DNA of 64,000 bases from an uncultured Myxococcales bacterium (GTDB lineage: Bacteria > Myxococcota_A > UBA9042), in the NCBI GenBank assembly GCA_903840165.1, contig CAIMEY010000121.1, positions 68,738 through 132,737 on the forward strand, given 5' to 3'. Shown in pieces: positions 28,996 through 40,453 of the stretch (positions are counted from its first letter, which is position 1; each line of letters opens with the position of its first letter). Below the pieces are notes generated by a model. That model saw only the letters and a list, made by a program, of their open reading frames with translations, searched no databases and was not told the DNA's origin. Position numbers and translations under genes: made by a program.

Positions 28996-29490
28996 TCAGT
29001 GCGCTTCGCAGGGACACTGCCGGGGAACCTGGCTGCGGTGGCTGCGGCAACGTTCGCGCGTCACGTCGCAGCGGGCATTGAGCGCTGGAACTGCGGGATA
29101 TCGCTTAGAAACATTGCAGACGCTGGCTGAGAGGTGGCAACTTTCGCTGGAGCGATTGCACATCTCAAAGCACAGGTCGACGGCATTGTCCGACGCGGCT
29201 ACTGACGCGATTTGAAAGCCGATTTGCATCTGGCGATTGGTTGCGACGTCCACAGTCAGACGGTCCTGCTCGGCTACGGCCGAAATGCCGACGTCGCCGT
29301 CCTTGTCGCCCGAGCAACCGGACAAAAGCAGCCCGAACAACACAGGGATTAGCGCTGCAGGGATTAGCGCTGCAGGGATAAGCGCTGCGGGGACCAACCG
29401 ACGCGACGCCAAGACGGACCCAAGCCCAGACGAACTAGGCTTGTGCGTGGGACAATCTATCTGCAATGTTCGGGCCTTCAACTGAAACAT
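28996..29490 (-). CDS. Small Cys-rich lipoprotein with (PAALI)x3 repeat in signal peptide
   Basis: The lipobox is LLSGC. A 15-bp in-frame tandem repeat lies at 29343-29387. The start is chosen at MFQLKA; upstream in-frame starts are possible. Confidence 0.4.
   Translation of the reverse strand: MFQLKARTLQIDCPTHKPSSSGLGSVLASRRLVPAALIPAALIPAALIPVLFGLLLSGCSGDKDGDVGISAVAEQDRLTVDVATNRQMQIGFQIASVAASDNAVDLCFEMCNRSSESCHLSASVCNVSKRYPAVPALNARCDVTRERCRSHRSQVPRQCPCEAH
29343..29387. repeat. Tandem 15-bp repeat x3 (CAGGGATTAGCGCTG) inside lipoprotein signal-peptide coding region
   Basis: Read directly in the sequence. It is in-frame and encodes PAALI/PAALI/PAALI on the minus strand. Confidence 0.85.
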
Positions 29491-29750
29491 GCTCGGCGCG
29501 ATGCCTCCCCTATGGGGCCAAGTGTATGCATAGCGGCCCGCAACGGCAAATTGCCCTACTTGCTGCAATCGCGCGTCAGGGGCAGACCGTCCCACTTCTG
29601 GCATCGCCAGCGCCCGCTTGGACCCTAATACGCCTGTAACAACAGGATGATATGCATAGAGCGCGGGTTCAGCAACTTGACGCCCCCTTGAACTAGAGGC
29701 CACAAGGACGGACTATGGTGCGCCCGCGCGCAGTGGGCCCTGGACCTGGC

Positions 29751-31607
29751 ATGCCGGTGACTGTTGATACCAAAACGCTCGTCGACCTCTTTGAGACGGC
29801 TGTCATGGAACAGCCGCAGAAGACGATTTTGCGCTGTCGTGTCGCAGGGATATGGCACCCAACGACCTTGCTACAATGGCGGACGATGGCGGCCAACTGG
29901 GCACGAGGTTTGGTCGCCCATGGCATTGAACTCGGTGATCGTGTTGGGATCTTGAGCAATACCCGGCGCGAGTGGCTGATCGCCGACATGGCCATCCAGA
30001 TGGCGGGTGCCGTGACCGTACCTGTCTATCCATCGATTTTGGCAGATGAAGTGAGTTGGATTCTCCACGACAGCGGCACGACGGTGCTCTTTGTCGAGGA
30101 TCCCTGCCAGCTTGAGAAAGTGCTTGAGATCAAAAATGATCTGCCACACCTTCGCTTGATCGTGTGCCTCGACGAACAGGCCGACGCTTCCCGTCCCGAC
30201 CAGCCGGGTGTGCGTACCGTACGGCTGGCCGAAATTCGCCCCAATCACCCGGGGTTACTTGCGACGATGGCCCAACTCGCCGATGCCGGCCGTTCGGTCC
30301 ATGCCGACGAGTTGGCCGGCCGTCGTCTGGCTTTGCAGGCAGCCGACACGAGCACGATCGTCTATACATCGGGCACCACGGGGCGTCCCAAAGGCGTGAT
30401 TCTCAGCCATGGTGCTCTGGTTTTTGAAGTAAAATCATGCACAAGCGCCCTTGACGTCCGCCCCGACGACGCCGTCATGCTGTTCCTGCCCCTGGCGCAC
30501 AGCTTCGCCAAGCTCATCTACCTGGTCTGCGTCGGCGTGCGCACTGAAATGATATTTCCCCAATCTATCCAAACACTTCTTGCTGACATGGCCGATGCCC
30601 AGCCGACGGTCCTACCCAGCGTCCCGCGGATCTTTGAGAAGGCGCACATGCGCATTCTGGGCGGCGTCGATGCGGCCGGTCCGGTCAGAAAACGCTTGTT
30701 TGAAGCGGCCTTGGCGACGGGCTATCGCGTTTCGCAGCTTCGTCAGGCCGGCAAAGAGCCCTCGGGCTTGCTGGCCGCCCAACACCAGGTGGCGCATCGC
30801 TTTGTCTTTGCAAAGATTCACGCGATTTTTGGTGGCCGGGTGCGCGCCTTCATTTCGGGTGGCGCGCCGCTAGCCAAGGAACTGGCGGAGTTCTTCCACG
30901 CCGTCGGTCTGCCCGTGCTAGAAGGCTATGGGATGACTGAGAATTGTGCGGCGGCGACGGTCAATCGTCCGGACCGCTACCGCCTTGGGTCGGTGGGGCA
31001 GCCTCTGCCGGGGATCGACGTGCGGATTGCGGCCGACGGTGAAATCTTGATCCGCGGCGCCAACCTGTTCTCGGGCTACCAGAACAATGAAGCCGCAACC
31101 GCAGAATCGTTGAAAGACGGATGGTTATACACGGGCGATGTCGGTGCGCTGGACGCCGACGGCTTTCTATACATCACCGACCGCAAGAAGGACCTGCTGG
31201 TGACTGCGGGCGGCAAGAACATCGCACCCCAGAATATTGAACGGCTTTTGCGTTCAGACCCTTTGATTGCCAACGCCCTGGTCTACGGCGATCGGCGCAA
31301 GTTCCTCAGCGCGCTGCTGACGCTTGACGAAGAAGTCCTGCAGAAATGGGCAGATAGCCAAGCAATTTCCTACGCCTCGCTGGCGGAGTTAACCCAGCAC
31401 GCCGAAGTGTTCAAGCGCGTGCAGGCGATCGTCGACGCCAAGAACCGCGGTCTGGCAAGCTATGAAACCATCAAGAAATTTGCGATCTTGGAACGGGACC
31501 TGAGCGAGCAGGACGGAGACCTGACACCTTCGCTCAAGGTCCGGCGGCAAAGCGTGATTAGCAAACACAAAGGTCTGCTGGATTCCTTTTACAGCGAGCA
31601 CTATTAG
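29751..31607 (+). CDS. fadD: Long-chain fatty acid--CoA ligase (AMP-forming)
   Basis: The AMP-binding motif I is present (IVYTSGTTGRPKGVILSHG). Motif II is present (GYGMTEN). The C-terminal region is conserved. Confidence 0.85.
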   Translation: MPVTVDTKTLVDLFETAVMEQPQKTILRCRVAGIWHPTTLLQWRTMAANWARGLVAHGIELGDRVGILSNTRREWLIADMAIQMAGAVTVPVYPSILADEVSWILHDSGTTVLFVEDPCQLEKVLEIKNDLPHLRLIVCLDEQADASRPDQPGVRTVRLAEIRPNHPGLLATMAQLADAGRSVHADELAGRRLALQAADTSTIVYTSGTTGRPKGVILSHGALVFEVKSCTSALDVRPDDAVMLFLPLAHSFAKLIYLVCVGVRTEMIFPQSIQTLLADMADAQPTVLPSVPRIFEKAHMRILGGVDAAGPVRKRLFEAALATGYRVSQLRQAGKEPSGLLAAQHQVAHRFVFAKIHAIFGGRVRAFISGGAPLAKELAEFFHAVGLPVLEGYGMTENCAAATVNRPDRYRLGSVGQPLPGIDVRIAADGEILIRGANLFSGYQNNEAATAESLKDGWLYTGDVGALDADGFLYITDRKKDLLVTAGGKNIAPQNIERLLRSDPLIANALVYGDRRKFLSALLTLDEEVLQKWADSQAISYASLAELTQHAEVFKRVQAIVDAKNRGLASYETIKKFAILERDLSEQDGDLTPSLKVRRQSVISKHKGLLDSFYSEHY

Positions 31608-31673
31608 CCACGGACGCCGCGCGCCATTGCGGTGTCGGCCTAAAGCGAGATTTTGTCCCTCAAGACGGGGTTG

Positions 31674-32417
31674 ATGGCCATGCCCGATGCGAAAATCATC
31701 ATCTGTTTGCCTACTTATAACGAGAAGGAGAACCTTCCCCTACTGGTGGAAGCGGTCCGTCAGATCGTGCCGCAGGCTGATCTGCTGGTGATCGATGACA
31801 ACAGCCCGGACGGCACCGGGCAGATCGCCAACGCGCTGGCCCTGGCTGACCCCCAGGTCCATGTTCTACATCGGCAGGAAAAACAAGGGCTTGGCCGAGC
31901 GTACATCGCCGGCTTTCGCTGGGCTTTGGCGCGCGACTATGAGCTGATCTTTGAAATGGATTGCGACTTTAGCCATCCGCCTCCCCTGCTGCCGGCCTTT
32001 CTCGCCAAGGCGCAGAGTTGCGACGTCGTCCTGGGTTCCCGTTACATTCCGGGCGGTAGCACCGAGGACTGGGATTGGCGGCGGCGCCTGATCTCGCGCG
32101 GTGGCAATACGTACGCGCAGGCTATTCTCGGGCTGCCTTTTCGCGACTTGACGGGCGGTTTCAAGTGCTTCCATCGCCGCGTGCTGGAAACGCTGCCTTT
32201 GGATGAAATCGTCAGCAATGGCTATGTGTTCCAGATCGAGATGACGTATCGGGCGATTCTCGCGGGCTTTCGCGTTGGCGAAGTGCCGATTCAGTTCCCC
32301 GATCGGACCCGCGGCCAGTCCAAGATGACTGGCAACATCGTGCGCGAAGCCATCGTCAACGTGTGGAAGTTGCGATTGCGCAAAGCACAACTGCAGAGGC
32401 AGGCGGCACAAACCTAG
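31674..32417 (+). CDS. Polyprenol-phosphate mannosyl/glycosyltransferase (GT2, Dpm1-like)
   Basis: The Dpm1-type GT2 signature is present (IIICLPTYNEKENLPLLV..LLVIDDNSPDGTGQIA..EMDCDFSHPP). Confidence 0.8.
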   Translation: MAMPDAKIIICLPTYNEKENLPLLVEAVRQIVPQADLLVIDDNSPDGTGQIANALALADPQVHVLHRQEKQGLGRAYIAGFRWALARDYELIFEMDCDFSHPPPLLPAFLAKAQSCDVVLGSRYIPGGSTEDWDWRRRLISRGGNTYAQAILGLPFRDLTGGFKCFHRRVLETLPLDEIVSNGYVFQIEMTYRAILAGFRVGEVPIQFPDRTRGQSKMTGNIVREAIVNVWKLRLRKAQLQRQAAQT

Positions 32418-32711
32418 GCGCGACGCGGGCTCAGGCCGCTGGGGCAACAAGCGCAGTCCTCGGTGGGCGACAGCGCTTTTGCACTGGTCAGCGCGCCCAA
32501 TTTGCCCTAGCATCACGCGCTTGCGCTACGCGGATCGGGCCTTGGTCCTTTCCAGGAAGGACGCATACATTCAAGTGGTTATGGCTGGGCGCTTCGGCAT
32601 CCCAGTCTCCATCCGCAGACGCCCGCTGTGCCAAGCCTGAGGCCGCCACGCCCGGGACCGCAGCAGCAGGCCAACTCAGGGCGACAGCATCGCCGCAAGG
32701 ACAACAAGACC

Positions 32712-33227
32712 ATGGCCAATGAACTGAATGCGCTGCTCGGAAAAGGCAGTGATTTCCAAGGGAAACTCACCTTTGAAGGCAATGTCCGCATCGACGGACG
32801 CTTTACCGGTGAGATCTTCAGCGATGGCCTGCTGATCATCGGCGAAGGCGCCCAAGTGCAAGCGGAAATTTCCGTCGGCTCGGTGCAGGTCTATGGCAAC
32901 GTCACCGGCAACATCACGGCCCATGAAGCCGTGGAATTGCACGCACCTGCCAGCCTGCGCGGCAACATCTCGTCGCCGGCTTTGCACATCGACAAAGGCG
33001 TATTCTTCGACGGCGCCTGCCAAATGACCAATGGTTCTGGGGTCTCGCAGGTGCGTGACGGCGGACTGCCGCCGAGCCTGCCGAGCCGCCCTTCGCAACC
33101 GCCCGTCGCTCGTCCCGCCGCCGCCGTGGGCCTCAATCCGCCCCCGGCGCAGCGCCCGACGGGTTCGAGCGGCATGTTTGTGCCCGAGCCGACCCGGACC
33201 ACAGGCGAGTTGCCCCACAAGTTCTAA
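32712..33227 (+). CDS. Bactofilin family cytoskeletal protein
   Basis: The N-terminus MANELNALLGKGSDFQGKLTFEGNVRIDGRFTGEI and the beta-helical DUF583 core are present, followed by a Pro-rich tail. Confidence 0.8.
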   Translation: MANELNALLGKGSDFQGKLTFEGNVRIDGRFTGEIFSDGLLIIGEGAQVQAEISVGSVQVYGNVTGNITAHEAVELHAPASLRGNISSPALHIDKGVFFDGACQMTNGSGVSQVRDGGLPPSLPSRPSQPPVARPAAAVGLNPPPAQRPTGSSGMFVPEPTRTTGELPHKF

Positions 33228-33329
33228 CCGAATTTCCAGTGCTTGGTGCCGCCCCTGCCCCCGGTGGCGCAGGCAAGCGGTCCGCCGAGCGCTTGTCGCG
33301 TGCCGCACGTTCGCGGCCGTGGAGCTGCC

Positions 33330-34277
<948 letters not shown>

Positions 34278-34289
34278 TACGCGGGCAAG

Positions 34290-35468
34290 ATGGCCCAGGG
34301 TACCGCGGCTATGTGGCGTATATTCCTAAAAGAACAGCCGCTTTCTGCTCACTTACCCTCGCGGGCTTTGCGGGTGTGGGCGGCGCTCTTGCCCGTTGTG
34401 CTGGCGATCGTGCTCGGCGCGTGTCATCGACCTGAACCTGTCGCGCAATCTCCTGTTATTCAAAAGAAATCTGTGACGACGGCTCAGGCAGCGGACCCCG
34501 TGCTGGTCAAGGTCGACCTGAGCGAAGTGCTTTCTTCACAAGTCCATGAACGCTTAGCGCAATTGCCCGTGAGCCTGACGCCGGCGGATGCGGCTGTACA
34601 GGCCTTGCTGGCAGCGACTGCGGATGTTCTGATCGTACGGGAAATGGGCGTTTTAAAAGAACAAAGGCGGCCAGGCGAGACCTTTGGGCAGGCGGCCGAT
34701 CGCTTCCTAACGACGGTGTGGAAGCCCGATGCCACCTGCAATCTGGACCGGCAGGACCTCAAGTGGACCTATTTGCGCGACCTGGGCAAGTATAAGCACC
34801 CGACTTCCTACGCGATCTGGGATGCGCAGGGACAGTGCTGTCCGGATGTGGACGACTGCCCTCTGCTCAAAGCCGAACAGTGCCGCCAGGAACTTCGACC
34901 CGTGCTGACGCAGATGCACGCCGACATTGCCCTTGCTTTCAAGGCGTTATCTCAACCAGCCGATGTGACCAGCGTCGCCTTTGACCAGAGCCCGTGGCGG
35001 GCCCTGCACGTGCCGACCTTTGAACGAATTGTTTCCCAATACAATCAGAAGGATTCGCGGGTTCAGCTGCGGCGCTACACCTTTTTTGCCCAAGGCGAGC
35101 CGGGGTTTGAGAAGGCCCGGTTTCGCCCCGGAGAGCCGCACATGGCAGAGTTGGCTAAGCGTGCGAAACCAGGACAGTTACTCGGGCCAGTGGACACTGA
35201 ATGGGGCATTGACGTCGCTTTGCTCGTAGGCCTTGAGCCCGCCATGCGCGGTCTGGCCGACGCCGACGTTGAAGCGCAAGTGCGTGAAAAGGCTTGCGGA
35301 GAGTTGGCGCAGCGCAGCCGCAACGAGTACCGCGAACGCTTGCTGGCTGGCGCGCAGATCCTGTGGCAAAGGCCGGCGATTGAAGCGGATTTTGGCAAGC
35401 TGGTGCTGGGCAAGCTGCCGGCCGATGCGTCGCAGCGAGACCTGCCCTATCGGCCGCTGAAGCCCTGA
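34290..35468 (+). CDS. Hypothetical lipoprotein
   Basis: A signal peptide with lipobox is present (LAIVLGAC). No family was recognised. Confidence 0.5.
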   Translation: MAQGTAAMWRIFLKEQPLSAHLPSRALRVWAALLPVVLAIVLGACHRPEPVAQSPVIQKKSVTTAQAADPVLVKVDLSEVLSSQVHERLAQLPVSLTPADAAVQALLAATADVLIVREMGVLKEQRRPGETFGQAADRFLTTVWKPDATCNLDRQDLKWTYLRDLGKYKHPTSYAIWDAQGQCCPDVDDCPLLKAEQCRQELRPVLTQMHADIALAFKALSQPADVTSVAFDQSPWRALHVPTFERIVSQYNQKDSRVQLRRYTFFAQGEPGFEKARFRPGEPHMAELAKRAKPGQLLGPVDTEWGIDVALLVGLEPAMRGLADADVEAQVREKACGELAQRSRNEYRERLLAGAQILWQRPAIEADFGKLVLGKLPADASQRDLPYRPLKP

Positions 35469-35490
35469 AAATATCTGAAAGAAGTGATGA

Positions 35491-37767
35491 TTAGCCGCGA
35501 ACTCGTTCGACGCGGGTCACGCCTTGGGTCCTCTTGAGGCGCTCAATCACGTCATTGAGTTGAGACACACTTTGCACAATGACTTCAAAGTCATTGATGG
35601 CTCGGCGTCCGTCGACGGTGCGGCAATGGGCGCTTTGAATGGAGATCCCAGCCTCGGTAAAACGCTGGGACATGGCGGACAAAAGGCCCGTCTCATCAGC
35701 GGAATACACGCGAACGGTCACTGTGGCGCCATTGCCCGCCTGTGTATTCCAATCGCAGTCGATGCGGCGCATGGGGTCGGCGTCGAGCACAAAGCGACAC
35801 TTCTTTTCGTGCACCGTGATTCCGCGACCGCGGGTGACCACGCCGATCACCGGATCGCCCGGAACAGGCGAACAACACTTGGCAAAGCGGACCACGACGT
35901 CGTCAATGCCATTGACCAGGATGGTCGCAGCGCCTGCCTTGCCGGGACGGCGAGCACGACGAACCTCGGGTTCTGGTTCGGCTTCTCGCGCTTCAACCGG
36001 ATCGGCCGCGACAACGTACTCAGCCACCGAGGCCGCACTCACCTTCCCATAACCGACCGCGACGGCGACATCGTCAAAGGTCGACACACCGAAGTGCGCC
36101 AAAGTCTTGGGAATACGTTCGTGGTTTTGGGCCCGAGTGAGCGACATCTTGACGCGCCGGAAGGCCTTTTCCAGCAAATCCAAGCCCAGATCCTGGGCGT
36201 GTACGCGCTGTTCCCCATGGATATAGCTACGGATCTTGGTCTTGGCTCGACCCGTGACGACGAATTCCAGCCAGTCGATGCTGGGATGGGCATCCGGTTT
36301 CGTTAATATTTCAACGATGTTGCCGTTACGCAGGTGGTGGCGCAGGGGCACCATCACGCCATCGACCTTGGCGCCGACCGTCCGCTGCCCGACCTTTGAG
36401 TGAATTGCGTAAGCAAAATCCACAGGTGTCGCGCCACGCGGCAGCACTTTGACGTCGCCCTTGGGCGTGAAGGCGTAGACCTCGTCGTTAAAGAGGTCGA
36501 TCTTCATGGAATCCAAGAACTCGTCACTGTCTTTGACGCCGCTCTGGTATTCCAGCAGCTGCTTGAGCCAGCCGAAGCGCTCTTCGTCGCGAACACTAAT
36601 GGATTCGCCGCGTTCCTTGTACCGCCAGTGAGCCGCCACGCCTTCTTCGGCCAGGCGGTGCATTTCATAGGTGCGAATCTGCACTTCAATGCGCTCGGCC
36701 TGAGGTCCGATCACGGCAGTATGCAAGCTCTGATAACGATTGGGCTTTGGCAGCGCAATGTAGTCCTTGAACCGCCCCGGAATCGGCTTCCACTGCGTGT
36801 GCACGGCCCCCAAGGCGGCGTAACACTCGCGAACGTCATCAACAACAATGCGAAATCCTTGGGCATCGTAGATTTGGTCATAGGGCAGCTTGGACTGCTC
36901 CATCTTGCGCCAGATGCCATACAGGTGCTTGGGGCGGCCATACACCACGGCGTGCGTCAGGCCATCGTGTTCGAGAAACTCGCGAATTTCCTCAACAGTA
37001 CCAGTCACATACGCTTGACGCTCGGATTGGCGCTGGCCAACGAGATCGGTCAACTGCTTGTATTCAACGGGGTTCAAGTGGCGAAAACAAAGATCCTCCA
37101 GTTGCGCCTTCATCCAGCCAATGCCGAGGCGATTGGCCAAAGGTGCATAGATCTCTTGGGTTTCCGTGGCAATGCGCCGCTGACTGTCCGGCTTCATGTG
37201 CTGAAGCGTCGTCATATTGTGCAGACGATCCGCGAGCTTAATCAGCAGGACGCGAATGTCCTTGGCCATGGCCACGAGCATTTTGCGAAAGTTTTCAGCC
37301 TGCTTGTGCTCCTGACTGGAGAACTTGATCTGGTCGAGCTTGGTGACGCCATCGACGATGTGCGCGATTTCTGCCGAAAAGCGACGCTGAATTTCTTCGA
37401 CGCTGACCGTGGTATCCTCGACGACATCGTGCAATAACCCCGCGCAAATACTGGCGGAATCCAGGCGAAGACGGGTCAGGAGAAAGGCGACGTCCACCGG
37501 GTGGGCAAAGTAGGCCTCCCCGCTCTTGCGGAACTGGCCCTGGTGGCTGCGCGCGGCGAAATAGTAGGCGCGGCGAACCATCTCCTTGTCGCCTTCCGGC
37601 AAGTAACTGCTCATTGCGGCAAGCAATTCTTCGACGCTCGGCACGCCTGGAATCACGATGGGCGCTTCAGCCGGGTCCCCTGCCGCCCCGGAAAGCGGGC
37701 GCAGAGGGGCCGCAGTAGGCGAAGAAGCGGGCTTATCAGCTGTCGAATTCGGAAGTTCCATAACCAT
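35491..37767 (-). CDS. relA: Bifunctional (p)ppGpp synthetase/hydrolase RelA/SpoT
   Basis: The HD hydrolase motif is present (HPVDVAFLL..LLHDVVEDT). The synthetase motif is present (DYIALPKPNRYQSLHTAV..IRTYEMH). TGS and ACT-like C-terminal regions follow. Confidence 0.9.
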   Translation of the reverse strand: MVMELPNSTADKPASSPTAAPLRPLSGAAGDPAEAPIVIPGVPSVEELLAAMSSYLPEGDKEMVRRAYYFAARSHQGQFRKSGEAYFAHPVDVAFLLTRLRLDSASICAGLLHDVVEDTTVSVEEIQRRFSAEIAHIVDGVTKLDQIKFSSQEHKQAENFRKMLVAMAKDIRVLLIKLADRLHNMTTLQHMKPDSQRRIATETQEIYAPLANRLGIGWMKAQLEDLCFRHLNPVEYKQLTDLVGQRQSERQAYVTGTVEEIREFLEHDGLTHAVVYGRPKHLYGIWRKMEQSKLPYDQIYDAQGFRIVVDDVRECYAALGAVHTQWKPIPGRFKDYIALPKPNRYQSLHTAVIGPQAERIEVQIRTYEMHRLAEEGVAAHWRYKERGESISVRDEERFGWLKQLLEYQSGVKDSDEFLDSMKIDLFNDEVYAFTPKGDVKVLPRGATPVDFAYAIHSKVGQRTVGAKVDGVMVPLRHHLRNGNIVEILTKPDAHPSIDWLEFVVTGRAKTKIRSYIHGEQRVHAQDLGLDLLEKAFRRVKMSLTRAQNHERIPKTLAHFGVSTFDDVAVAVGYGKVSAASVAEYVVAADPVEAREAEPEPEVRRARRPGKAGAATILVNGIDDVVVRFAKCCSPVPGDPVIGVVTRGRGITVHEKKCRFVLDADPMRRIDCDWNTQAGNGATVTVRVYSADETGLLSAMSQRFTEAGISIQSAHCRTVDGRRAINDFEVIVQSVSQLNDVIERLKRTQGVTRVERVRG

Positions 37768-37977
37768 TGGGCGGGCCTGGAGGATGGCCAACAGCGCGTC
37801 CTGCACTTCACCACTTCCGTGGGGGTTGGGCAAGTTCCTGGTTGCCAATGCGGTGATCTTGCACAGGCCGGCCGGCACTGTCACGATCGCGCCCACGGGC
37901 GGCGCCGGAGTTCCCTGCGGGTGCCCCAAGGTGCCTTGAGACCGCTGTGCACGGGCGCATGGCCGGCGACGGAGACG

Positions 37978-38652
37978 ATGACCAACCAGTTGTCCCTGCT
38001 TCTAAATCAGCTTGGCGTGGACTGGATTCTAGTGCTGCTCATGGCGCTGTCCCTGGCCTCGGTGACCGTGATTGTCGAGCGTTGGTGGTTCTTTCGCCGC
38101 CAGCGGGTGCCTGTGGCGCTGATCCACGCGGAGTTGCTGACGCGCTTGAGCCAAGCGCCTGATTCGATTGAAGCTTGGCTGGAGCCGTATTCCGGCATGG
38201 AGGCGCGGGTCGTTGTCGCTGGCGTGCGCGAAAGGCACAGGGGCGCGGCTGCGGTGGCTGAGCTGATGGCTGCGCGGGCGATGCTCGAGGCGATGAAGTA
38301 CGAAAAGCGCCTGAATTTCCTGGCTTCTCTGGGCTCAAATGCGCCTTTTATCGGCCTGCTTGGCACGGTGATCGGCATCATGGGGGCCTTTGGCGATCTG
38401 CGCACTCAGGTCGATCATGCCGGCCAAGCGTCGCGTACTTCCTTGATCATGGGCAGCATTTCTGGCGCGTTGGTGGCGACGGCTGTTGGCCTGCTGGTGG
38501 CCATTCCAGCGGTGATCGCCTACAACCAACTGCGAACGCGGCTCAAGCAATTGCAGGCAAATACCGATAGTCTCACGGCTATTGTCCTTGCTCACCTCAA
38601 GACGACCACGCCGGCTGCGGTTCAGCTACCGGTGCCTGGCCAGGGGAATTGA
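37978..38652 (+). CDS. exbB: MotA/TolQ/ExbB proton-channel family protein
   Basis: Three transmembrane segments and the conserved C-terminal region (PFIGLLGTVIGIMGAF) are present. GGAG lies 3 nt upstream of the ATG. Confidence 0.8.
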   Translation: MTNQLSLLLNQLGVDWILVLLMALSLASVTVIVERWWFFRRQRVPVALIHAELLTRLSQAPDSIEAWLEPYSGMEARVVVAGVRERHRGAAAVAELMAARAMLEAMKYEKRLNFLASLGSNAPFIGLLGTVIGIMGAFGDLRTQVDHAGQASRTSLIMGSISGALVATAVGLLVAIPAVIAYNQLRTRLKQLQANTDSLTAIVLAHLKTTTPAAVQLPVPGQGN

Positions 38653-38655
38653 GCC

Positions 38656-39081
38656 ATGGCCGGCCGCGTCAGCCGCGACGATCAGGTGGTGGCTGAGATT
38701 AACGTCACGCCGCTTGTCGATATCATGCTAGTTTTGCTGATTATTTTCATGCTGACGAGCGAGGAGATCGCCGCCAAGGTACAGCAACCGGCGATCGAGG
38801 TGGACCTGCCGACAGCCAGTAGCGGTGGGCAGCACCCGCCGACGCCCTTGACGGTCCTGATCAGCAAGTCCGGAGAATTGTACTGTAATGGCGCGCGGGT
38901 TGACGAAAACGCCCTCAAACTCCAGGCACGCCAGGCCCACGCGGCGACGCCGAAATTGCAGGCGGTCGTCAGCGCTGACCAGCGGGTAGCCCACGGAGTG
39001 GTCATTCATATCGTTGATATTCTTCGGCTTGAGCAGATTGAGCAGGTCGCCATCAATACCAAGGCCCTGACAATCGAGTAG
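38656..39081 (+). CDS. exbD: ExbD/TolR biopolymer transport protein
   Basis: The N-terminus EINVTPLVDIMLVLLIIFM and a single transmembrane segment are present. The gene is tightly coupled to exbB. Confidence 0.8.
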   Translation: MAGRVSRDDQVVAEINVTPLVDIMLVLLIIFMLTSEEIAAKVQQPAIEVDLPTASSGGQHPPTPLTVLISKSGELYCNGARVDENALKLQARQAHAATPKLQAVVSADQRVAHGVVIHIVDILRLEQIEQVAINTKALTIE

Positions 39082-39273
39082 CAGCAGGGCCGCGCATCGG
39101 GCCAACTGCAGCCTTTGCCGCAGCTTGACGCCCCGAGGCAGTCGCCGCAGCATGCTCAGCGCCCATGGGCCGCACCCGCGCTTAGATGGGTCCGCCCCGC
39201 TGGCCGCCGTTGGCCGGGGCTCAAAATGCGCCACCGCCGGCACCTCCGCCGGCCTATTGTTTCCGGGGTATTC

Positions 39274-40431
39274 ATGAATAAGCCCAGCGTGTTGCCGAAT
39301 AATCCCTGTTTTTCCTCGGGTCCGTGCGCCAAGAGGCCGGGCTGGTCCCTGCAGGCCCTCAGTGGCGCGCTGGTGGGGCGCTCGCACCGGTCCAAGCCGG
39401 GCAAGGCTCGCATTGAGCAAGTGCTCGATAAGTCCCGTTCTATCCTGGGCTTGCCTGCCAATTACCGGATCGCCATCGTCGCTGGTTCCGATACGGGCGC
39501 CGTCGAAATGGCGATGTGGTCCCTGCTCGGCCCGCGCGGCATTGACGCCTTGGCCTGGGAAGCTTTTGGCGACGGCTGGATCACCGACATCGTCAAGCAG
39601 CTGAAAATCAAGGACGTTCGCACCTTCAAGGCCGATTACGGCCATCTGCCCGACCTCAGCCAAGTCGACTTCAACCGCGACGTGATCTTCACGTGGAATG
39701 GCACCACGTCCGGCGTGCGCGTGCCCAATGGCGACTGGATCCCGGACGATCGCCAAGGCCTGACCATCTGTGACGCCACAAGTGCGGCATTTGCCATGGA
39801 ATTGCCCTGGTCCAAGCTCGACGTAGTGACCTGGTCCTGGCAAAAAGTGCTCGGCGGCGAGGCGGCCCACGGCATGTTGGTGCTCAGTCCGCGCGCGGTG
39901 GCCCGTTTGGAGTCCTACAGCCCCGCGTGGCCGATGCCCAAGCTCTTTCGCATGACCAAGGGCGGCAAGATTCAAGAGGGCATTTTCCTTGGCGAAACCA
40001 TCAACACGCCGTCGATGCTGTGCGTAGAAGACGCTGTGGACGGGCTCAAATGGGCCGAGAGCGTCGGCGGTTTGCCGGGCCTCATCGCTCGTTCCGAAGC
40101 CAACTTGCAGGCTGTGCGTGCGTGGGCCGCCAAGACGCCGTGGATCGAACTGCTGGCGGCCGATGCAAATACCGTATCTTGCACCAGCGTTTGCCTCATC
40201 TATACGGCGCCTTGGTTCCGTGCCCTGGATGCCGATGGCCAGACGGCGGCGGCTAAGAAAATCAGCAGCTTGCTCGATGCGGAAAAGGTCGCCCTGGACG
40301 CGGGGTCCTACCGCGACGCGCCTGCTGGCCTGCGCCTTTGGTGTGGTGCAACGGTGGAAACCTCGGATGTGCAAGCGGTTTTGCCGTGGATCGAATGGGC
40401 CTATGCCCAGGTCGCTCCCGCCAACGGCTGA
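39274..40431 (+). CDS. serC: Phosphoserine aminotransferase (short-form SerC)
   Basis: It is a class V aminotransferase with the N-terminus [17 protein letters not shown] typical of the ~370-aa SerC subfamily. Confidence 0.75.
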   Translation: MNKPSVLPNNPCFSSGPCAKRPGWSLQALSGALVGRSHRSKPGKARIEQVLDKSRSILGLPANYRIAIVAGSDTGAVEMAMWSLLGPRGIDALAWEAFGDGWITDIVKQLKIKDVRTFKADYGHLPDLSQVDFNRDVIFTWNGTTSGVRVPNGDWIPDDRQGLTICDATSAAFAMELPWSKLDVVTWSWQKVLGGEAAHGMLVLSPRAVARLESYSPAWPMPKLFRMTKGGKIQEGIFLGETINTPSMLCVEDAVDGLKWAESVGGLPGLIARSEANLQAVRAWAAKTPWIELLAADANTVSCTSVCLIYTAPWFRALDADGQTAAAKKISSLLDAEKVALDAGSYRDAPAGLRLWCGATVETSDVQAVLPWIEWAYAQVAPANG

Positions 40432-40453
40432 TTTGGCCCCCGAGGAGCTTGCC

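Noticed and set aside
35524-37437. Plus-strand ORFs 35524..36306 and 36400..37437 (260 and 345 aa)
   Set aside because: Both lie entirely antisense to relA/spoT, whose conserved HD and synthetase motifs are clear. They are high-GC shadow frames.
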